From an uncultured Synechococcaceae cyanobacterium (GTDB lineage: Bacteria > Cyanobacteriota > Cyanobacteriia > PCC-6307 > Cyanobiaceae): a stretch of 64,000 nucleotides of DNA. A model generated the notes under the pieces. It saw only the letters and a list, made by a program, of their open reading frames with translations. It had not been told where the DNA came from and made no database searches. Made by a program: the position numbers and the translations under genes. Positions 10,796 through 21,722 of this stretch are shown one piece after another. The first letter of the stretch is position 1; each line of letters begins with the position of its first letter. The DNA lies in contig CACHDC010000002.1 in assembly GCA_902578445.1 (NCBI GenBank), positions 3,157 to 67,156 of the forward strand, given 5' to 3'.

Positions 10796-11590
10796 ATGAG
10801 AATTCGTTCTTTCTTAGCTTTTGTTATTTCAATTTGTATAACTTTTGCTTTCATACCTGTTAAAACATTTGCTTTTTCTGAAAGAGGAAATGCACAATTC
10901 ACAGATGTTGTTAACACAGGAAAAGCTAATGATTGCCCTACATTAGACTCATCTCTTGTCGGATCAATATCTCTAGGGAATGGAGATAGCCTTAAAGGAA
11001 TATGCATGCATCCAACCGAAGTTTATGTAAAAGTACCAGGGACAAAACGAAAAGCTGCAGAATTTGTTTCTACAAAAATTATTAGTCCTAGAAATAACAC
11101 CACAGTGACAGAAGTTTATGGAGATATTGATTCAGGAACTTTCACTGAAAAAGGTGGTATTGATTTTCAACTTATTACTGTATTAACTCCTGGTGGTTTA
11201 GAGGTCCCATTTGCATTCTCAGCAAAAGATCTTACAGCTGATTTACCTTCATCTATTGAGCCAGGAACTGAGGTTAGTGGTTCAACATTTACACCTAACT
11301 ACAGAACTGGTGACTTTCTAGATCCTAAGGCAAGAGCTAAAAATACTGGTGTTGAATATGCTCAAGGTTTAGTTGCATTAGGAGGAGATGACGAAGAACT
11401 TGCAAAAGAAAATATTAAAGTTGATGTAAATGGTACTGGCGTTATTACTCTTTCAATCAACAATGTAGATTCTGACACAGACGAATTTGCTGGTACTTTT
11501 GAAGCTATTCAACCTTCAGATACAGACATGGGTTCAAAGGATCCACTTGATGTAAAAATAATTGGGGAGCTTTACGGAAGAAAGGCATAA
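10796..11590 (+). CDS. psbO: Photosystem II manganese-stabilising protein
   Basis: Signal peptide MRIRSFLAF..., then NTGKANDCP, GGIDFQLIT, FLDPKAR and QPSDTDMG. The ORF-track start at 10751 is probably too long. Confidence 0.95.
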   Translation: MRIRSFLAFVISICITFAFIPVKTFAFSERGNAQFTDVVNTGKANDCPTLDSSLVGSISLGNGDSLKGICMHPTEVYVKVPGTKRKAAEFVSTKIISPRNNTTVTEVYGDIDSGTFTEKGGIDFQLITVLTPGGLEVPFAFSAKDLTADLPSSIEPGTEVSGSTFTPNYRTGDFLDPKARAKNTGVEYAQGLVALGGDDEELAKENIKVDVNGTGVITLSINNVDSDTDEFAGTFEAIQPSDTDMGSKDPLDVKIIGELYGRKA

Positions 11591-11604
11591 ATCCTACTCA
11601 AGAG

Positions 11605-11634
11605 AAAAAGGGGGTTAAACCCCTCTTTTTTTTT
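11605..11634 (+). terminator. Intrinsic terminator after psbO
   Basis: AAAAAGGGGGTTAAACCCCTC hairpin followed by a T9 run. Confidence 0.8.
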
Positions 11635-11661
11635 CAAAATTTTTCTTTATTAATTTAAAAA

Positions 11662-12837
11662 ATGGCATTACAACAAAAAACTAAAACAGATACTAACGGA
11701 CTAATTCCGCCTTATGGAGGGGAACTAAAAAATTTAATTATCAAAGATAAAAAACTTAAAAATGATCTTATCTCTAAAGCTACTCATGAGTTTGAATGTA
11801 GCGAGAGAAATGCATGCGATGTAGAACTTTTGATGGTTGGAGCTTTTTCTCCATTGGAAGGTTTTATGGATGAAAATAACTACAATTCGGTAATTAAAAA
11901 TAATAGAAATACAAACGGATTGCTTTTTGGCTTGCCTATTGTATTTGATTCAAATAATGAAAAAGTAAAAGCTGGAGAGACAATATTGCTTACCTATAAA
12001 AAACAAAAAATTGCAGTTTTAGAAGTTAGCTCTAAATGGGAGCCTGACAAATCCTTAGAAGCTAAACTTTGTTATGGTACTAATTCTTTAGATCATCCTG
12101 CTGTTAAGATGATTTTTAACGAGAGAGGGAGATTTTATATAGGAGGAAGAGTTTATGGTTTCGAACTACCAATTAGAGAATTCCCCTGCAAAACCCCAGA
12201 AGAAGTTAGATCTACACTGCCATCAAATCATGATGTAGTTGCATTTCAATGCAGAAATCCAATTCATAGAGCACATTATGAATTATTTACTAATGCCTTA
12301 CTTTCAGATAATGTCTCCTCTAACTCAGTTGTTTTAGTTCATCCAACTTGTGGGCCAACTCAACAAGATGATATCCCTGGAAAAGTTAGATATTTGACCT
12401 ATAAAGAATTAGAAGAGGAAATATCTGATGAAAGAATAAAATGGGCTTTTTTACCTTATTCAATGCATATGGCAGGGCCAAGAGAAGCTCTTCAACATAT
12501 GATAATCAGAAGAAATTATGGCTGCACCCACTTTATTATTGGTAGAGATATGGCTGGTTGTAAGTCGTCATCAACTGGTGAAGATTTTTATGGTCCATAT
12601 GACGCCCAAAATTTTGCGAATAAGTGTGCAGATGAATTGATGATGCAAACTGTTCCTTCAAAAAATTTAGTTTATACGAAGGAAAAAGGATACATAACGG
12701 CTGAAGAAGCAAAAGAATTTAATTATGAAATTATGAAACTTAGTGGTACTGAATTTAGAAAGAAATTAAGGAATGGCGAACCAATTCCTGAATGGTTTGC
12801 ATTCAAAAGTGTAGTAGATGTTCTAAGACGCTCTTAA
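11662..12837 (+). CDS. sat: Sulfate adenylyltransferase
   Basis: FQCRNPIHRAH, AGPREA and HFIIGRD motifs. Confidence 0.96.
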   Translation: MALQQKTKTDTNGLIPPYGGELKNLIIKDKKLKNDLISKATHEFECSERNACDVELLMVGAFSPLEGFMDENNYNSVIKNNRNTNGLLFGLPIVFDSNNEKVKAGETILLTYKKQKIAVLEVSSKWEPDKSLEAKLCYGTNSLDHPAVKMIFNERGRFYIGGRVYGFELPIREFPCKTPEEVRSTLPSNHDVVAFQCRNPIHRAHYELFTNALLSDNVSSNSVVLVHPTCGPTQQDDIPGKVRYLTYKELEEEISDERIKWAFLPYSMHMAGPREALQHMIIRRNYGCTHFIIGRDMAGCKSSSTGEDFYGPYDAQNFANKCADELMMQTVPSKNLVYTKEKGYITAEEAKEFNYEIMKLSGTEFRKKLRNGEPIPEWFAFKSVVDVLRRS

Positions 12838-12883
12838 TATTGTTTTATTATTAGTATTATAGATTTATTAAAGATTTTTTATC

Positions 12884-14737
12884 GTGAACAAACGTTGGAG
12901 AAACGTAGGACTTTATGTCCTAGCTGTTATTACTGTAATTTTCATTGGTACTTCAGTTTTTGATAAACCTAGTACCGAAAGTTCTACAAAAACCTTGAGA
13001 TATAGTGATTTTATAGAGGCAGTTCAAGATAAAGAAATCAGTAGAGTCCTAATATCTCCAGATAATGCCACAGCTCAAGTTATTGAAAATGATGGGAGCA
13101 GGTCTGAGGTCAATTTAGCCCCTGACAAAGATTTATTAAAAATACTGACTGAGAATAATGTAGACATAGCTGTAACTCCTACTAAATTAGCCAACCCTTG
13201 GCAACAGGCTGTAAGTAGCTTAATTTTCCCAGTACTTTTGATTGGAGGCCTATTTTTTCTTTTCAGAAGATCCCAAAGTGGTAATGCAGGAGGTGGTAAC
13301 CCTGCCATGAGTTTTGGTAAAAGCAAAGCTAGATTGCAAATGGAACCATCTACACAAGTAACCTTTTCAGATGTTGCTGGAGTTGAAGGTGCAAAATTAG
13401 AACTCACAGAAGTTGTAGATTTTCTTAGGAGCCCAGATAGATTTACTGCAGTCGGTGCAAAAATTCCAAAAGGAGTTCTTCTTGTTGGCCCTCCTGGAAC
13501 AGGAAAAACATTGTTAGCGAAAGCAGTAGCTGGAGAAGCAGGTGTACCTTTTTTCTCAATATCTGGTTCAGAATTTGTAGAGATGTTTGTAGGAGTTGGA
13601 GCTAGCAGAGTTAGAGATCTATTTGAACAAGCCAAAAAGAATGCTCCTTGTATTGTATTTATTGACGAAATAGATGCAGTTGGAAGACAAAGAGGTGCTG
13701 GTATGGGCGGAGGAAATGACGAAAGAGAACAAACATTAAACCAACTCCTTACTGAAATGGATGGTTTTGAAGGTAATTCAGGGATAATAATAGTTGCTGC
13801 TACAAACAGACCTGATGTCTTAGATTCAGCTTTAATGCGTCCTGGAAGATTCGATAGACAGGTAACAGTAGATAGACCAGATTACGCTGGAAGACTACAG
13901 ATATTAAATGTTCATGCGAAAGATAAAACGCTTTCAAAAGATGTTGATTTAGATAAAGTTGCTAGAAGAACACCAGGATTTACAGGTGCAGATTTAGCTA
14001 ATCTTTTAAATGAAGCAGCAATACTAGCAGCTAGAAAAGATCTAGATAAAGTAAGTAATGATGAAGTTGGTGATGCTATTGAAAGAGTTATGGCTGGTCC
14101 AGAAAAGAAAGATAGAGTTATTAGTGACAAGAAAAAAGAATTAGTTGCTTATCATGAAGCTGGTCACGCACTTGTTGGCGCTTTAATGCCTGATTATGAT
14201 CCTGTAGCAAAAGTTTCAATAATTCCTAGAGGTCAAGCTGGAGGTTTAACCTTCTTTACTCCAAGTGAAGAAAGAATGGAATCAGGTCTTTACTCTCGTT
14301 CCTACCTCCAAAATCAAATGGCTGTTGCTTTAGGTGGAAGAGTTGCTGAAGAAATAGTCTATGGAGAAGAAGAGGTAACAACTGGTGCGTCAAATGATTT
14401 ACAACAAGTTGCCAATGTAGCAAGACAAATGATTACTAAATTTGGCATGAGCGACAAAATAGGGCCAGTTGCTCTAGGACAATCCCAAGGAGGAATGTTT
14501 CTTGGAAGAGATATGAGTTCTACAAGAGACTTTTCTGAAGACACTGCTGCAACAATTGATGTAGAAGTTTCAGAACTTGTTGATGTTGCTTATAAAAGAG
14601 CTACAAAAGTTTTATCTGATAATAGAACTGTACTGGACGAAATGGCGCAAATGCTAATTGAAAGGGAAACTATAGATACTGAAGATATTCAAGATTTGCT
14701 TAACCGATCAGAAGTTAAGGTAGCAAACTATATCTAA
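12884..14737 (+). CDS. ftsH: ATP-dependent zinc metalloprotease FtsH
   Basis: Two transmembrane helices, [21 protein letters not shown] and HEAGH; GTG start. Confidence 0.98.
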   Translation: MNKRWRNVGLYVLAVITVIFIGTSVFDKPSTESSTKTLRYSDFIEAVQDKEISRVLISPDNATAQVIENDGSRSEVNLAPDKDLLKILTENNVDIAVTPTKLANPWQQAVSSLIFPVLLIGGLFFLFRRSQSGNAGGGNPAMSFGKSKARLQMEPSTQVTFSDVAGVEGAKLELTEVVDFLRSPDRFTAVGAKIPKGVLLVGPPGTGKTLLAKAVAGEAGVPFFSISGSEFVEMFVGVGASRVRDLFEQAKKNAPCIVFIDEIDAVGRQRGAGMGGGNDEREQTLNQLLTEMDGFEGNSGIIIVAATNRPDVLDSALMRPGRFDRQVTVDRPDYAGRLQILNVHAKDKTLSKDVDLDKVARRTPGFTGADLANLLNEAAILAARKDLDKVSNDEVGDAIERVMAGPEKKDRVISDKKKELVAYHEAGHALVGALMPDYDPVAKVSIIPRGQAGGLTFFTPSEERMESGLYSRSYLQNQMAVALGGRVAEEIVYGEEEVTTGASNDLQQVANVARQMITKFGMSDKIGPVALGQSQGGMFLGRDMSSTRDFSEDTAATIDVEVSELVDVAYKRATKVLSDNRTVLDEMAQMLIERETIDTEDIQDLLNRSEVKVANYI

Positions 14738-14758
14738 TATTAAAAATTTAAATACTTA

Positions 14759-15385
14759 ATGAACATTAAGGAAGATTCTTTTTCAGATTTACTGCTAAAA
14801 GAATCTTTTTTTTTATTGATAAAACCTGATGATAATATTTACTCAAATACATTTATAAGGAATTCATTTTTTGAAGAATTAGAAAGCTTAGTAAAATTAG
14901 GATTAAAGAATATTGAAATAAGTTGGTCAAATAACCAAAATTGGTTTGATTTTGTATCCGAAATCAAACTCAAATATCCAAAAATTAATTTAGGCTCTGC
15001 CTCCATATTTAATAAGCAATCAATAGAAGATTCATTGAAAATTGGACTAAATTTTTCGATGATGAAATTTTGGGATAAAGATCTTTTCAATTATGCAAAG
15101 TCAAAAAATTATTTATTAATTCCCGGAATTAAAAATTTAAAAGATCTTGAGGAAGCGATAAATTTAAATTGCAAAATTATCAAAATTTATCCAATAAAAA
15201 GTAAAGAAAATTCGATAGATGTACTCAACTTTAAAAAAATTAATTTCATTGCTGCTGGAGGCCTATCAATCAATGATGTAAAAACTTATAAATCTTTAGG
15301 ATATAAAGCAATCGTGATTGGAGATAAAGCGATTATAAACAAAAAATTTGATCCAAAAATATTTGAACTGCTCAAAAATAATTAA
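14759..15385 (+). CDS. eda: KDPG/KHG aldolase-like protein (divergent)
   Basis: LGLKNIEISW, IIKIYP (Schiff-base Lys) and IAAGGL motifs. Confidence 0.65.
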   Translation: MNIKEDSFSDLLLKESFFLLIKPDDNIYSNTFIRNSFFEELESLVKLGLKNIEISWSNNQNWFDFVSEIKLKYPKINLGSASIFNKQSIEDSLKIGLNFSMMKFWDKDLFNYAKSKNYLLIPGIKNLKDLEEAINLNCKIIKIYPIKSKENSIDVLNFKKINFIAAGGLSINDVKTYKSLGYKAIVIGDKAIINKKFDPKIFELLKNN

Positions 15386-15418
15386 ATTAAAGAAAAATAT
15401 AATTTATTAACAAAACTA

Positions 15419-16516
15419 CTAATTACTCATTAAGCCACATTGAGCTTGATTCAAAAGTAAATGATCAGCAAGTACTAAAGCTACCATAGCATCAACCATA
15501 GGAACTGCTCTTGGTAGAACGCAAGGATCATGTCTCCCTTTTGCTTTCATCAATACTTCTTTGCCTTCAGCATTTACTGTTTTCTGTTCTTTCCCTATTG
15601 TTGCTGTAGGTTTAAAAGCTATCTTCATCTCTATATTTTCGCCATTACTTATTCCTCCCTGTATACCTCCTGAATTGTTAGATATTGTTCTTAACTTGCT
15701 AATATCATCAGACTTGATGAAGGCATCATTATGTTCGCTTCCTTTCAAATAAGTTCCTGAGAAACCTGAACCTATTTCAAAACCTTTCGTGGCAGGCAAA
15801 GACATCAAAGCCTTCGCTAAATCAGCTTCTAATTTATCAAAAACTGGCATCCCAAGACCAGACGGAACATTTTTTACAAGACATTCAATAACACCTCCAC
15901 AAGAGTCTCCTTGACGCTTTAATTCCTTAATTCTCTCGATCATTTCTGCTGATGCCTTTTCATCAGGACATCTAACAATATTAGAATCTATTTTATTAAG
16001 TGAAATCTTCTCTTTATTTATATCAGAATCAATATCATGTATACGCTTTACCCAAGATAGTATTTCAGTATTACAAAAGTTTTTTAATAATTGTTTTGCT
16101 ACAGCACCAGCTGCCACTCTCCCAATTGTTTCTCTTGCAGAAGCTCTTCCACCACCAGAACTTGCCTGAATTCCATATTTCAAATGATATGTACCATCTG
16201 CATGAGAAGGTCTAAATACTTGCTCCAAATTATCATAATCTCCTGGTCTTTGATCCTTGTTTCTTACCATCATCGCTATTGGAGTTCCAAGAGTTAATCC
16301 TTCCTTTATCCCACTTAATATTTCAATTTTATCTTCTTCATTTCGGGGTGTTGTAATGTCACTTTGTCCAGGTCTACGCCTATCTAAGTCATTTTGTATC
16401 AGATTTATATCTACTTCTAACTTTGGGGGACATCCATCAAGGATAACTCCTACTGCACCACCATGTGATTCTCCAAAAGTACTAACACGAAAAATTTTTC
16501 CAAAACTACTACTCAT
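15419..16516 (-). CDS. aroC: Chorismate synthase
   Basis: GESHG, RPSHAD, RASARET and GRHDPC motifs. Confidence 0.98.
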   Translation of the reverse strand: MSSSFGKIFRVSTFGESHGGAVGVILDGCPPKLEVDINLIQNDLDRRRPGQSDITTPRNEEDKIEILSGIKEGLTLGTPIAMMVRNKDQRPGDYDNLEQVFRPSHADGTYHLKYGIQASSGGGRASARETIGRVAAGAVAKQLLKNFCNTEILSWVKRIHDIDSDINKEKISLNKIDSNIVRCPDEKASAEMIERIKELKRQGDSCGGVIECLVKNVPSGLGMPVFDKLEADLAKALMSLPATKGFEIGSGFSGTYLKGSEHNDAFIKSDDISKLRTISNNSGGIQGGISNGENIEMKIAFKPTATIGKEQKTVNAEGKEVLMKAKGRHDPCVLPRAVPMVDAMVALVLADHLLLNQAQCGLMSN

Positions 16517-16576
16517 AAAAATATCAAATGTTTTATCTATATATAAACATTATATGAAACCAATTGAAAATTAAAC

Positions 16577-16603
16577 AAAAAAAAGCCCCCAAAGAGGGGG
16601 CTT
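16577..16603 (-). terminator. Intrinsic terminator of psbA
   Basis: Minus strand reads AAGCCCCCTCTTTGGGGGC followed by T8. Confidence 0.88.
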
Positions 16604-16624
16604 GTATATTTAAGAACTTTAAGC

Positions 16625-17707
16625 TTAACCGATAGCTGGAGCTGAAAGAGCTACTGTTGTAGACTCAGCTGCTGCTAGATCAAGTGGGAAGTTGTGAGCG
16701 TTACGCTCGTGCATTACTTCCATACCTAGGTTTGCTCTGTTAAGAACGTCACCCCATGTAGGAACAATCTTACCGTTTGCATCAACAACTGACTGGTTGA
16801 AGTTGAAACCGTTAAGGTTGAATGCCATTGTGCAGATACCCATTGAAGTTAACCATACACAAACAACTGGGAATACAGCTAGGAAGAAGTGAAGACTTCT
16901 GCTGTTGTTGAAACTTGCATATTGGAAGATCAAACGACCGAAGTAGCCATGAGCTGCAACGATGTTATATGTTTCTTCTTCTTGTCCGAACTTGTAACCA
17001 TAGTTCTGAGATTCTGTCTCAGTTGTTTCTCTGATTAGAGATGAAGTAACAAGTGAACCGTGCATAGCTGAGAATAAAGATCCTCCGAACATACCAGCAA
17101 CACCAGCCATATGGAATGGGTGCATAAGAATGTTGTGCTCTGCCTGGAAAACAAACATGAAGTTGAATGTTCCAGAGATACCTAGAGGCATTCCGTCAGA
17201 GAATGAACCTTGACCGAATGGGTATACAAGAAATACTGCGAAAGCTGCTGAAACTGGTGCAGAATATGCAACGCAGATCCAAGGACGCATACCTAAACGG
17301 TATGAAAGCTCCCACTGTCTTCCCATGTATGCTGAAATACCAATTAGGAAGTGGAAAATTACAAGCTGGTAAGGACCACCGTTGTATAACCACTCATCTA
17401 CAGTAGCTGCTTCCCAAATTGGGTAGAAGTGTAGACCAATAGCGTTAGATGAAGGAACAACTGCACCTGAGATGATGTTGTTTCCATATAGGAATGAACC
17501 AGCAACTGGCTCTCTAATTCCGTCGATGTCTACTGGTGGTGCTGCGATGAATGCAACGATGAAGCAAGCCGCTGCTGTAAGAAGGCAAGGGATCATTAAG
17601 ACGCCGAACCAACCAACATAAATTCTGTTGTTAGTTGATGTTACCCACTCACAAAACTGTGGCCAACCTTTTAACAGCGAAGAACGCTGCTGCTGAATAG
17701 TTGTCAT
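16625..17707 (-). CDS. psbA: Photosystem II D1 protein (Gln130 type)
   Basis: Unmistakable 360-aa D1 with [15 protein letters not shown] and [14 protein letters not shown]. Confidence 0.99.
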   Translation of the reverse strand: MTTIQQQRSSLLKGWPQFCEWVTSTNNRIYVGWFGVLMIPCLLTAAACFIVAFIAAPPVDIDGIREPVAGSFLYGNNIISGAVVPSSNAIGLHFYPIWEAATVDEWLYNGGPYQLVIFHFLIGISAYMGRQWELSYRLGMRPWICVAYSAPVSAAFAVFLVYPFGQGSFSDGMPLGISGTFNFMFVFQAEHNILMHPFHMAGVAGMFGGSLFSAMHGSLVTSSLIRETTETESQNYGYKFGQEEETYNIVAAHGYFGRLIFQYASFNNSRSLHFFLAVFPVVCVWLTSMGICTMAFNLNGFNFNQSVVDANGKIVPTWGDVLNRANLGMEVMHERNAHNFPLDLAAAESTTVALSAPAIG

Positions 17708-17720
17708 GAGTTCGTGAAAT

Positions 17721-17810
17721 ATGTCTCTTAAATGAGACGTGTAAATAAAAACGGAAAAAGTTTCCGCTTCGAAGATTTTAGACCAAAATTGCTAAAAATG
17801 TGTAAATATT
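17721..17810 (-). promoter_or_regulatory. psbA promoter and structured 5' UTR
   Basis: Candidate -10 TAAAAT at 17780-17775 and upstream TTTACA. Two hairpins in the putative UTR: CGGAAA/TTTCCG at 17752-17766 and GTCTC/GAGAC at 17723-17738. Confidence 0.5.
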
Positions 17811-17895
17811 TTTTCTTTAAGTAAACTTATAACTTGAAAAACGGAAGAAAAGAGCTTCCATGTCTTAATATTTTCTTTGTTATTGAGGATTCAAC

Positions 17896-18024
17896 TTGGT
17901 AATAATCGAATGGCTTCTTAACGGGAAAAGATCGAGAGAGGTAGTTTCCTTAAGAGAGGCTAAGCATAGACGACTGCAATTAGAGGCTTTTGGAGCTGTT
18001 ATTTATTGGAGCGAAAGAATTTAG
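17896..18024 (+). CDS. Small hypothetical protein (42 aa), absent from ORF track
   Basis: GAGGA Shine-Dalgarno then TTG: MVIIEWLLNGKRSREVVSLREAKHRRLQLEAFGAVIYWSERI*. GC content visibly higher than the flanks. Confidence 0.7.
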   Translation: MVIIEWLLNGKRSREVVSLREAKHRRLQLEAFGAVIYWSERI

Positions 18025-18141
18025 GTTTTTAAGGTTTAAAAATTAAAAAAAAAAATCAAATTATTAAATATTAACTAAACTTATCTATAAAATAAAAAAT
18101 CCTTATTAGATTTCAACGATTTATTGTTCCGGTTTCATAAT

Positions 18142-19047
18142 TTAAAAACTTTCAAACTCTTGAACCCATTTTTTTTGGGAACAAATCACTTCTTTTTTTG
18201 TATAACTCATGGCAATTTTTTTTTCCTTATAGGCAACTTCTCCGATAAAAACAGGCCAAATCAATTGGTCCCGTTCATACTTGTGGATTATCCCTTGGCT
18301 ATCCAGAAATAATGGATCTCCTTTTTTAATCATTTTCCAATCTTGGTTTATTCTCTCAGGATGAATTATGCCATCAATATCTCCCTTTTCATCTCTTGGA
18401 TAATCTATACTCCCTTGATGAACGTGGACCAATAATTCCTTTGGAAGTTCTATAAGTTTATTTTTTAATTTATCTATCTCTTCCCTTAGGGAGCTAATTA
18501 TTAGAGAAAATCTATTTATAATATTTTGATCATAAAAATTTTGTGCGACAGCTCCTATCTCAATAACTAAACCACATGGCCAAGCTTCTACAAGAAAGCC
18601 TGTTTGGGCTTTATCTTTTTCGTGCAAATAAATAGGCAATCCAAATTTGTTCTGCAGTAATGCAGCTAAACAAAAATCTTTGGATCTCCTCCCATACATA
18701 ACAATGCTTGTTCCCATATTTGCAGTAGTAGTGTGCAAATCGATTGCAATTTGACAGGGTTTAGATCCGTTAATTCCAAATTCATCTACTAAAAAATTGG
18801 CTCTATTAGTTTCATAGAAGCTATCCTTGTGTCGGTCAAAATTCTCACTTTCATTAAAAGATCTATTTAAATCTACATCTATATATCTGCAACCTTTTTC
18901 ATAGGCAGCAGGATTACCTATGATGTACTCATACTCAATACCATTATTTACACTATTTTCCTTTCTATTAAATTGCTTAACAGCCCAAACAGGATTAATT
19001 TCATTCCCATGAGTGCCTGAAACGATAAGTATTCTTCGAACAGTCAT
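18142..19047 (-). CDS. aspA: Aspartoacylase (M14-like zinc hydrolase)
   Basis: GTHGNE, DLNRSF, IDLHTT and FIGEVAYKEK motifs. Confidence 0.9.
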   Translation of the reverse strand: MTVRRILIVSGTHGNEINPVWAVKQFNRKENSVNNGIEYEYIIGNPAAYEKGCRYIDVDLNRSFNESENFDRHKDSFYETNRANFLVDEFGINGSKPCQIAIDLHTTTANMGTSIVMYGRRSKDFCLAALLQNKFGLPIYLHEKDKAQTGFLVEAWPCGLVIEIGAVAQNFYDQNIINRFSLIISSLREEIDKLKNKLIELPKELLVHVHQGSIDYPRDEKGDIDGIIHPERINQDWKMIKKGDPLFLDSQGIIHKYERDQLIWPVFIGEVAYKEKKIAMSYTKKEVICSQKKWVQEFESF

Positions 19048-19070
19048 TTTTTCTTTAAAAATAAAATTTT

Positions 19071-20015
19071 ATGCAAAATAAATACCTTATAAAGGCCTCC
19101 AGAAAATTCTGGTTTTGGTTCTGGACCCAATTAATGAATGGCTTCGCGCCATCAGACTTACATGGTAATTATAAAAGGCCTAAAGGTATAACAATTAATA
19201 GTGAATACGATATTAATAATGAGAATGGACAAATTTATTTATTAGTAGGTCATTCTTGTCCATGGTGTCAAAGAACTTTACTCTTACACGAAATAAAAGA
19301 TTTATCTAAAAAAATTAAAGTAATTTTTTTAAAGGCAGATGTTGAGCATGGCGAATGGATTTTCAATACAAAGATTAAAGGATGTATAAGACTTTCAGAC
19401 CTTTACAAAAAAGCTAATAAAAAAATTATTTTTAGAGCGACATTACCTCTTTTAATAAGCTTTGTAAAAGATGAAGTAAATATTCTGTCTAATGAAAGTT
19501 CACAGATTTTAAGACTACTCAATTCAATAAAAAGTGAATCGAAATACCAGGCATTAAGTATTAAAAATGGTAATCAAAAATTTTTAGATTTAATTAATAA
19601 AAATATTAATGATGGCGTATATAAATGTGGTTTCGCCAGAAACCAGTCAGCTTACGAAAAAGCAAGTAAAAATCTTTTCGCAGCTATAAATGAAATTGAA
19701 AATTTACTACAGAAAAATAAAGGGGACTGGATATTTGGAGAAGATTTAACCTACGCAGATATTTACCTTTTTCCAACGCTCATAAGATGGGAATTGATAT
19801 ATAGCAAACTTTTCAAATGTACTGAACAAGAACTATCAAGTTTTGAAAAGATTATTGAATGGAGATTAAAATTCTTTAAATTATCTAACGTACATAGGAC
19901 ATGCTTTGACAATGAATGGAAAAAAGATTACTACAAAGCTTTATTTCCTTTAAACCCAAATCAAATAATCCCAGTTTTACCATCGCTAAAGGAAATAATG
20001 AAAGTGGAGACCTAA
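19071..20015 (+). CDS. Glutathione S-transferase, glutathionyl-hydroquinone reductase (YqjG)-like
   Basis: CPWCQR, NESSQI, INDGVYKCGFA, ADIYLFPTLIR and NPNQIIP motifs. Confidence 0.85.
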   Translation: MQNKYLIKASRKFWFWFWTQLMNGFAPSDLHGNYKRPKGITINSEYDINNENGQIYLLVGHSCPWCQRTLLLHEIKDLSKKIKVIFLKADVEHGEWIFNTKIKGCIRLSDLYKKANKKIIFRATLPLLISFVKDEVNILSNESSQILRLLNSIKSESKYQALSIKNGNQKFLDLINKNINDGVYKCGFARNQSAYEKASKNLFAAINEIENLLQKNKGDWIFGEDLTYADIYLFPTLIRWELIYSKLFKCTEQELSSFEKIIEWRLKFFKLSNVHRTCFDNEWKKDYYKALFPLNPNQIIPVLPSLKEIMKVET

Positions 20016-20142
20016 AAAAATAAATAAATTAATTTCAAAAAAAAATGATGTTGTAATGAACACTTATTTAGTTCATAGATAATGCAATTTCATTAGAAAT
20101 TAACTATGTTATGTATGTCTACTAAAGTACGAAAAGCTTAAA

Positions 20143-20361
20143 ATGAAATCCATTGACGAACACATCCAAAAAGATCAATCGGAAATCGAATCTGCAAAAG
20201 CAGAGGGCAATCTTCCAAAGGTCAGACATTTAACTGAAGAACTAAAAGAACTCGAAGAGTATAAGGATCATCATCCAGATGATAAACATGACCCTAATGC
20301 TTTGGAACTATTCTGCGATGCCAACCCGGATGAACCAGAATGTCTTGTTTATGATGATTAA
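20143..20361 (+). CDS. cp12: CP12 Calvin-cycle regulator (C-terminal Cys pair only)
   Basis: C-terminal LELFCDANPDEPECLVYDD. Confidence 0.92.
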   Translation: MKSIDEHIQKDQSEIESAKAEGNLPKVRHLTEELKELEEYKDHHPDDKHDPNALELFCDANPDEPECLVYDD

Positions 20362-20385
20362 GTTTTCTTTTGATAGATAATGCAC

Positions 20386-20419
20386 AATAAAAAAGGGGCT
20401 TTTGAAGCCCTTTTTTATT
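20386..20419. terminator. Bidirectional intrinsic terminator between convergent genes
   Basis: AATAAAAAAGGGGCTT-TTG-AAGCCCTTTTTTATT, with A and T tracts on both sides. Confidence 0.85.
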
Positions 20420-20430
20420 TATTAATTCTT

Positions 20431-20613
20431 TTAATAATCTCTATTAAAGTCGGATGGACTTCCTGTAAGTGAACATACAACCGACTCTTCATTTTTCATT
20501 TCCTTGACTTCTACAATTGGTCTTCCCATTTTCTTCAAAACCTCAATATCTTGAATGGTTTGACATCTAGCTATTATTTTTCCTTGTTGATCAAAGCAAG
20601 TATAGAAATTCAT
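20431..20613 (-). CDS. Conserved hypothetical protein (60 aa, 3 Cys)
   Basis: Fills the gap between obgE and the bidirectional terminator; ATG start and protein-like sequence. Confidence 0.75.
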   Translation of the reverse strand: MNFYTCFDQQGKIIARCQTIQDIEVLKKMGRPIVEVKEMKNEESVVCSLTGSPSDFNRDY

Positions 20614-20698
20614 ATTGTATTTAAAGAGGTATCTTATTTATGACTAATTTTCATTATTAAATCAAGTATTTTTTTTATAAAAAAATTTTAAATTTAAG

Positions 20699-21682
20699 TT
20701 AGATCCTTTTCCATACTTCAGAAAGCAGTGAAGATAAACCTTTTTTTAAAGATGAAGAAATAACAAAAACTTTCTTTTTAGATAAATCTTCTAACTTTTT
20801 AGAAATTATTTTCAAATAATCATCATCTACCAGCTCCATTTTATTCAATACTATTATCCTCTCTTTATCTAAAAGACCTTTTCCATATTTTTTTAATTCC
20901 TGCTCAATTATCTCAAAATCATATAAAGGATTTTCTGCAATTGCATCAATTAAGTGAACAAGTATCTTCGTTCTTTGGATATGCCTTAAAAAATCATGGC
21001 CTAAACCTACTCCATCAGCTGCCCCTGATATTAATCCAGGAATATCCGCAAAAAGGCAACCATTCCCATCAATTTTTCTTACTACACCTAAGTTAGGTAT
21101 TAAAGTTGTGAAAGGATAATTTGCGATTTTTGGACGGGCAGATGATAAAACAGAAATCAAGGTACTTTTCCCAGCATTTGGAAGACCTATAATCCCAACC
21201 TCTGCAAGAAGTTTTAGTTCTAATTGAACCTCCCATATCTCACCATCTTTTCCTTCAGTGAATGATTCTGGGGCTCTATTTTGATTACTTAAATAGTAAG
21301 CATTACCATGTCCACCTCTTCCTCCAATGGCAATAGTTAAACTCTGTTTATGTTTAGTTAAGTCTCCTAAAATAATGCCGGTTTTAATATCCCTTATTTC
21401 TGTACCGCAGGGTACTTTAAGGATTGTATCTTCACCTGAAGCACCTGATCTCTTATTAGGACCTCCTTTGCATCCATCTTCAGCGATTATTTCACGTTTG
21501 AAGTTGAAATCTAATAATGTTTGAAGATTATTATCAGCCATCAAAATAACTGAACCCCCTCTGCCACCATTTCCCCCCGAAGGTCCTCCCGCAGGAACGA
21601 ATTTTTCTCTTCTAAATGAAACTATTCCATTTCCCCCTTTTCCAGCTTTAAGAATAATGTTGGCTTGATCAATAAATTGCAC
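20699..21682 (-). CDS. obgE: GTPase Obg/CgtA
   Basis: Gly-rich Obg fold, [17 protein letters not shown] and NKME motifs. Confidence 0.97.
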   Translation of the reverse strand: MQFIDQANIILKAGKGGNGIVSFRREKFVPAGGPSGGNGGRGGSVILMADNNLQTLLDFNFKREIIAEDGCKGGPNKRSGASGEDTILKVPCGTEIRDIKTGIILGDLTKHKQSLTIAIGGRGGHGNAYYLSNQNRAPESFTEGKDGEIWEVQLELKLLAEVGIIGLPNAGKSTLISVLSSARPKIANYPFTTLIPNLGVVRKIDGNGCLFADIPGLISGAADGVGLGHDFLRHIQRTKILVHLIDAIAENPLYDFEIIEQELKKYGKGLLDKERIIVLNKMELVDDDYLKIISKKLEDLSKKKVFVISSSLKKGLSSLLSEVWKRI

Positions 21683-21722
21683 TTAATACGTTTATTAAAT
21701 TGTTTTTTAGGTATTTTAAATT

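Noticed and set aside
13075-14544. Antisense ORFs inside ftsH (186, 72 and 61 aa)
   Set aside because: Shadow frames caused by the codon bias of a conserved gene; no recognisable motifs.
16625-17707. Higher-GC psbA as a horizontally acquired or phage-derived copy
   Set aside because: Codon usage fits a highly expressed host gene; the aroC-psbA-aspA context is ordinary and no phage genes are nearby.
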